From Gammaproteobacteria bacterium (lineage in GTDB: Bacteria; Pseudomonadota; Gammaproteobacteria; S012-40): DNA of 37,962 nt. The stretch covers positions 1-37,962 of the forward strand of contig JANOTC010000277.1 of assembly GCA_031416175.1 (NCBI GenBank), given 5' to 3'. The position numbers were made by a program, and so were the translations under genes. Positions 36,197-37,962 of the stretch are shown in pieces. How positions within the stretch are numbered: the first letter of the stretch is position 1; every line of letters starts with the position of its first letter. The notes below the pieces were generated by a model. The model was not told where the DNA came from, made no database searches, and saw only the letters and a program-made list of their open reading frames with translations.

Positions 36197-36466
36197 ATGG
36201 CAATTGATACCGCCACGAAGCAAAAAATGATCACAGATTTCGGCCGTGGCCAGGCCGATACCGGTTCCGCTGAAGTGCAAGTCGCGCTTTTGTCGGCCCG
36301 TATTGACGGACTTTCGGAGCACTTTAAGGCGCATTCCAAAGACCATCACTCGCGCCAGGGCTTGCTGAAAATGGTGAGCAATCGCCGCAACTTACTGGAA
36401 TACCTGAAGAATACTGACGGTGAACGGTATCGGACACTGATTGGTCGATTGGGCTTACGTAAGTAA
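36197..36466 (+). CDS. rpsO: 30S ribosomal protein S15
   Basis: 89 aa. [42 protein letters not shown] is present. Confidence 0.95.
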   Translation: MAIDTATKQKMITDFGRGQADTGSAEVQVALLSARIDGLSEHFKAHSKDHHSRQGLLKMVSNRRNLLEYLKNTDGERYRTLIGRLGLRK

Positions 36467-36496
36467 AGACTGCTCATTTTTCAAGGACAAAGACAA

Positions 36497-37962
36497 GTGC
36501 CCGTAATCAGTAAGAGTTTCCAATTCGGACCCCACCTGGTCAAACTAGAAACAGGTGAGGTTGCCCGTCAGTCCAGCGGCGCAGTTATAGCGAGCATGGG
36601 CGACACGGTTGTGCTTGTCACAGCTGTTGGCGTGAAAAAAGCTGTCGAAGGGCGGGATTTCTTCCCCCTCACAGTCAATTACCAAGAACGCGCCTACGCA
36701 GCGGGCAAAATCCCGGGCGGCTTTTTCCGACGCGAAGGTCGGCCGACCGAAAAGGAAACCCTCACTTCACGACTAATTGATCGGCCTTTGCGACCTTTAT
36801 TCCCTGAAGGTTTCAAAAACGAGGTCCAAATCGTCGCGACGGTTGTTTCGATCGACCCGAATATTGATCCTGACATCCCGTCTTTGTTGGGCGCGTCTGC
36901 CGCACTCATGATTTCTGGTTTGCCTTTCAAGGGACCCGTGGCGGCTGCTCGCGTGGGTTATCGCGACGGACAGTATTTGCTGAATCCCACTAACGCCGAT
37001 GTGAAGACGTCGGAATTAGATTTGGTGGTGGCGGGTACAGAGTCTGCCGTCTTGATGGTGGAGTCGGAAGCGAAAGAACTTTCTGAATCCGTCATGTTGG
37101 AAGCTGTCATGTTCGGCCATAGCCAGATGCAAGTGGCGATCGAAGCCATTCGTGCGTTTGCGGCTGAAGTAGGCGTCACCGCCTGGACCTGGGCAGCCCC
37201 TGTAACGGATAAAGCACTCACAGAGGCTGTTCGCGGCAAGTCCGAGTCGGCTATTCGTGAAGCGTATCAGTTGCGTGTTAAACAAGATCGCCAGCAGCGT
37301 TTGGCTCAGATCCGTGATGCGGTACGTGCAGAATTGACGGCGGCCGAAGGTAAGGAAGGTTGGGGTGCAGAAGCCGTTAAACAAGCGGTTGAAGATCTCG
37401 AATACAGTACCGTTCGTGGCGAGATTTTAGCGGGTCAGCCGCGCATTGATGGCCGTGATACTGACACCGTTCGCGCCATTTCGATTCGCACAGGTGTGCT
37501 GCCGCGTACACACGGTTCCGCTTTGTTTACGCGCGGTGAAACGCAGGCGTTGGTTATCGCGACCTTGGGCACGGACAAAGATGCGCAGGTTATCGACGCC
37601 ATTGAAGGCGAGTACAAAGAATCGTTCATGTTCCATTACAACTTCCCTCCGTATTCGGTAGGGGAAACCGGCATGGTTGGCTCGCCAAAGCGCCGCGAAA
37701 TCGGTCACGGTCGTTTGGCTAAGCGTGGTGTGATGGCGGCGATGCCGGATCTTAAGGTTTATCCTTACTCCATTCGTGTTGTTTCCGAAATTACCGAGTC
37801 GAACGGCTCTAGCTCAATGGCGAGCGTTTGCGGTAGCAGCTTGGCTTTGATGGATGCAGGCGTACCAGTTAAATGCGCGGTTGCGGGCATTGCGATGGGT
37901 TTAATTAAGGAAGGCGACAAGTTCGCGGTTCTTACCGACATTCTTGGCGACGAAGATCATCT
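36497..37962 (+). CDS. pnp: Polyribonucleotide nucleotidyltransferase (PNPase), 3'-truncated by the window edge
   Basis: It is not in the ORF track because there is no stop in the window. GTG 36497 is preceded by AAGGA (36483-36487). My own translation [25 protein letters not shown]...[29 protein letters not shown]...[33 protein letters not shown]...ILGDEDHL is colinear with E. coli PNPase. Confidence 0.95.
   Translation, partial: MPVISKSFQFGPHLVKLETGEVARQSSGAVIASMGDTVVLVTAVGVKKAVEGRDFFPLTVNYQERAYAAGKIPGGFFRREGRPTEKETLTSRLIDRPLRPLFPEGFKNEVQIVATVVSIDPNIDPDIPSLLGASAALMISGLPFKGPVAAARVGYRDGQYLLNPTNADVKTSELDLVVAGTESAVLMVESEAKELSESVMLEAVMFGHSQMQVAIEAIRAFAAEVGVTAWTWAAPVTDKALTEAVRGKSESAIREAYQLRVKQDRQQRLAQIRDAVRAELTAAEGKEGWGAEAVKQAVEDLEYSTVRGEILAGQPRIDGRDTDTVRAISIRTGVLPRTHGSALFTRGETQALVIATLGTDKDAQVIDAIEGEYKESFMFHYNFPPYSVGETGMVGSPKRREIGHGRLAKRGVMAAMPDLKVYPYSIRVVSEITESNGSSSMASVCGSSLALMDAGVPVKCAVAGIAMGLIKEGDKFAVLTDILGDEDH

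Noticed and set aside
36694-37708. Minus-strand ORFs (78-122 aa) listed by the ORF track in a region with no plus-strand ORF call
   Set aside because: The region is the pnp coding sequence. It is absent from the track only because it has no stop codon in the window. The minus-strand ORFs are antisense artefacts.
1-37962. Mobile elements, CRISPR arrays, phage or defence genes, toxin-antitoxin pairs
   Set aside because: I saw no transposase, integrase or recombinase-like translations in any frame. There are no spaced direct-repeat arrays and no small paired ORFs of TA type. All large ORFs are accounted for by the calls above.

Overview
This is a densely coding chromosomal segment with gammaproteobacterial-type synteny, roughly 50-55% GC by eye. 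I saw no rRNA, tRNA, CRISPR, transposase or integrase. All calls come from reading translations and motifs by eye; no database search or folding program was available.

Gene content, left to right:
- Left end: the 3' part of a cusB-like adaptor, then cusA (Cu/Ag RND pump with the Met triad conserved), then a DUF2231-like membrane protein with a His-rich tail.
- A minus-strand string follows: LysR-family regulator, then argA, then a 970-aa secreted fusion protein. The fusion combines a gluzincin peptidase (HExxH...EGxAxY), PD40/TolB-like propeller repeats and an Omp85-like C-terminal barrel. Its start overlaps the argA stop (TAATG).
- A long plus-strand housekeeping array comes next: leuC-leuD-leuB-asd-fimV-(EcfT/CbiQ-like membrane protein)-truA-trpF-trpB-trpA-accD-folC-dedD(SPOR).
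- A 5.5-kb minus-strand wedge follows, flanked by structured non-coding DNA. It holds a small beta-barrel OMP, an SDR oxidoreductase and a 1023-aa lipoprotein c-type cytochrome. The cytochrome is built from four diverged di-haem modules (6 CxxCH plus one CX4CH plus one CX5CH).
- Right end: rimP-nusA-infB-rbfA-truB-rpsO-pnp. The pnp gene (GTG at 36497) runs off the window and is missing from the ORF track.

The most interesting items are the modular cytochrome (family not recognised), the peptidase-propeller-barrel fusion, and the ~400-nt tRNA-less leader upstream of rimP that contains an intrinsic terminator.
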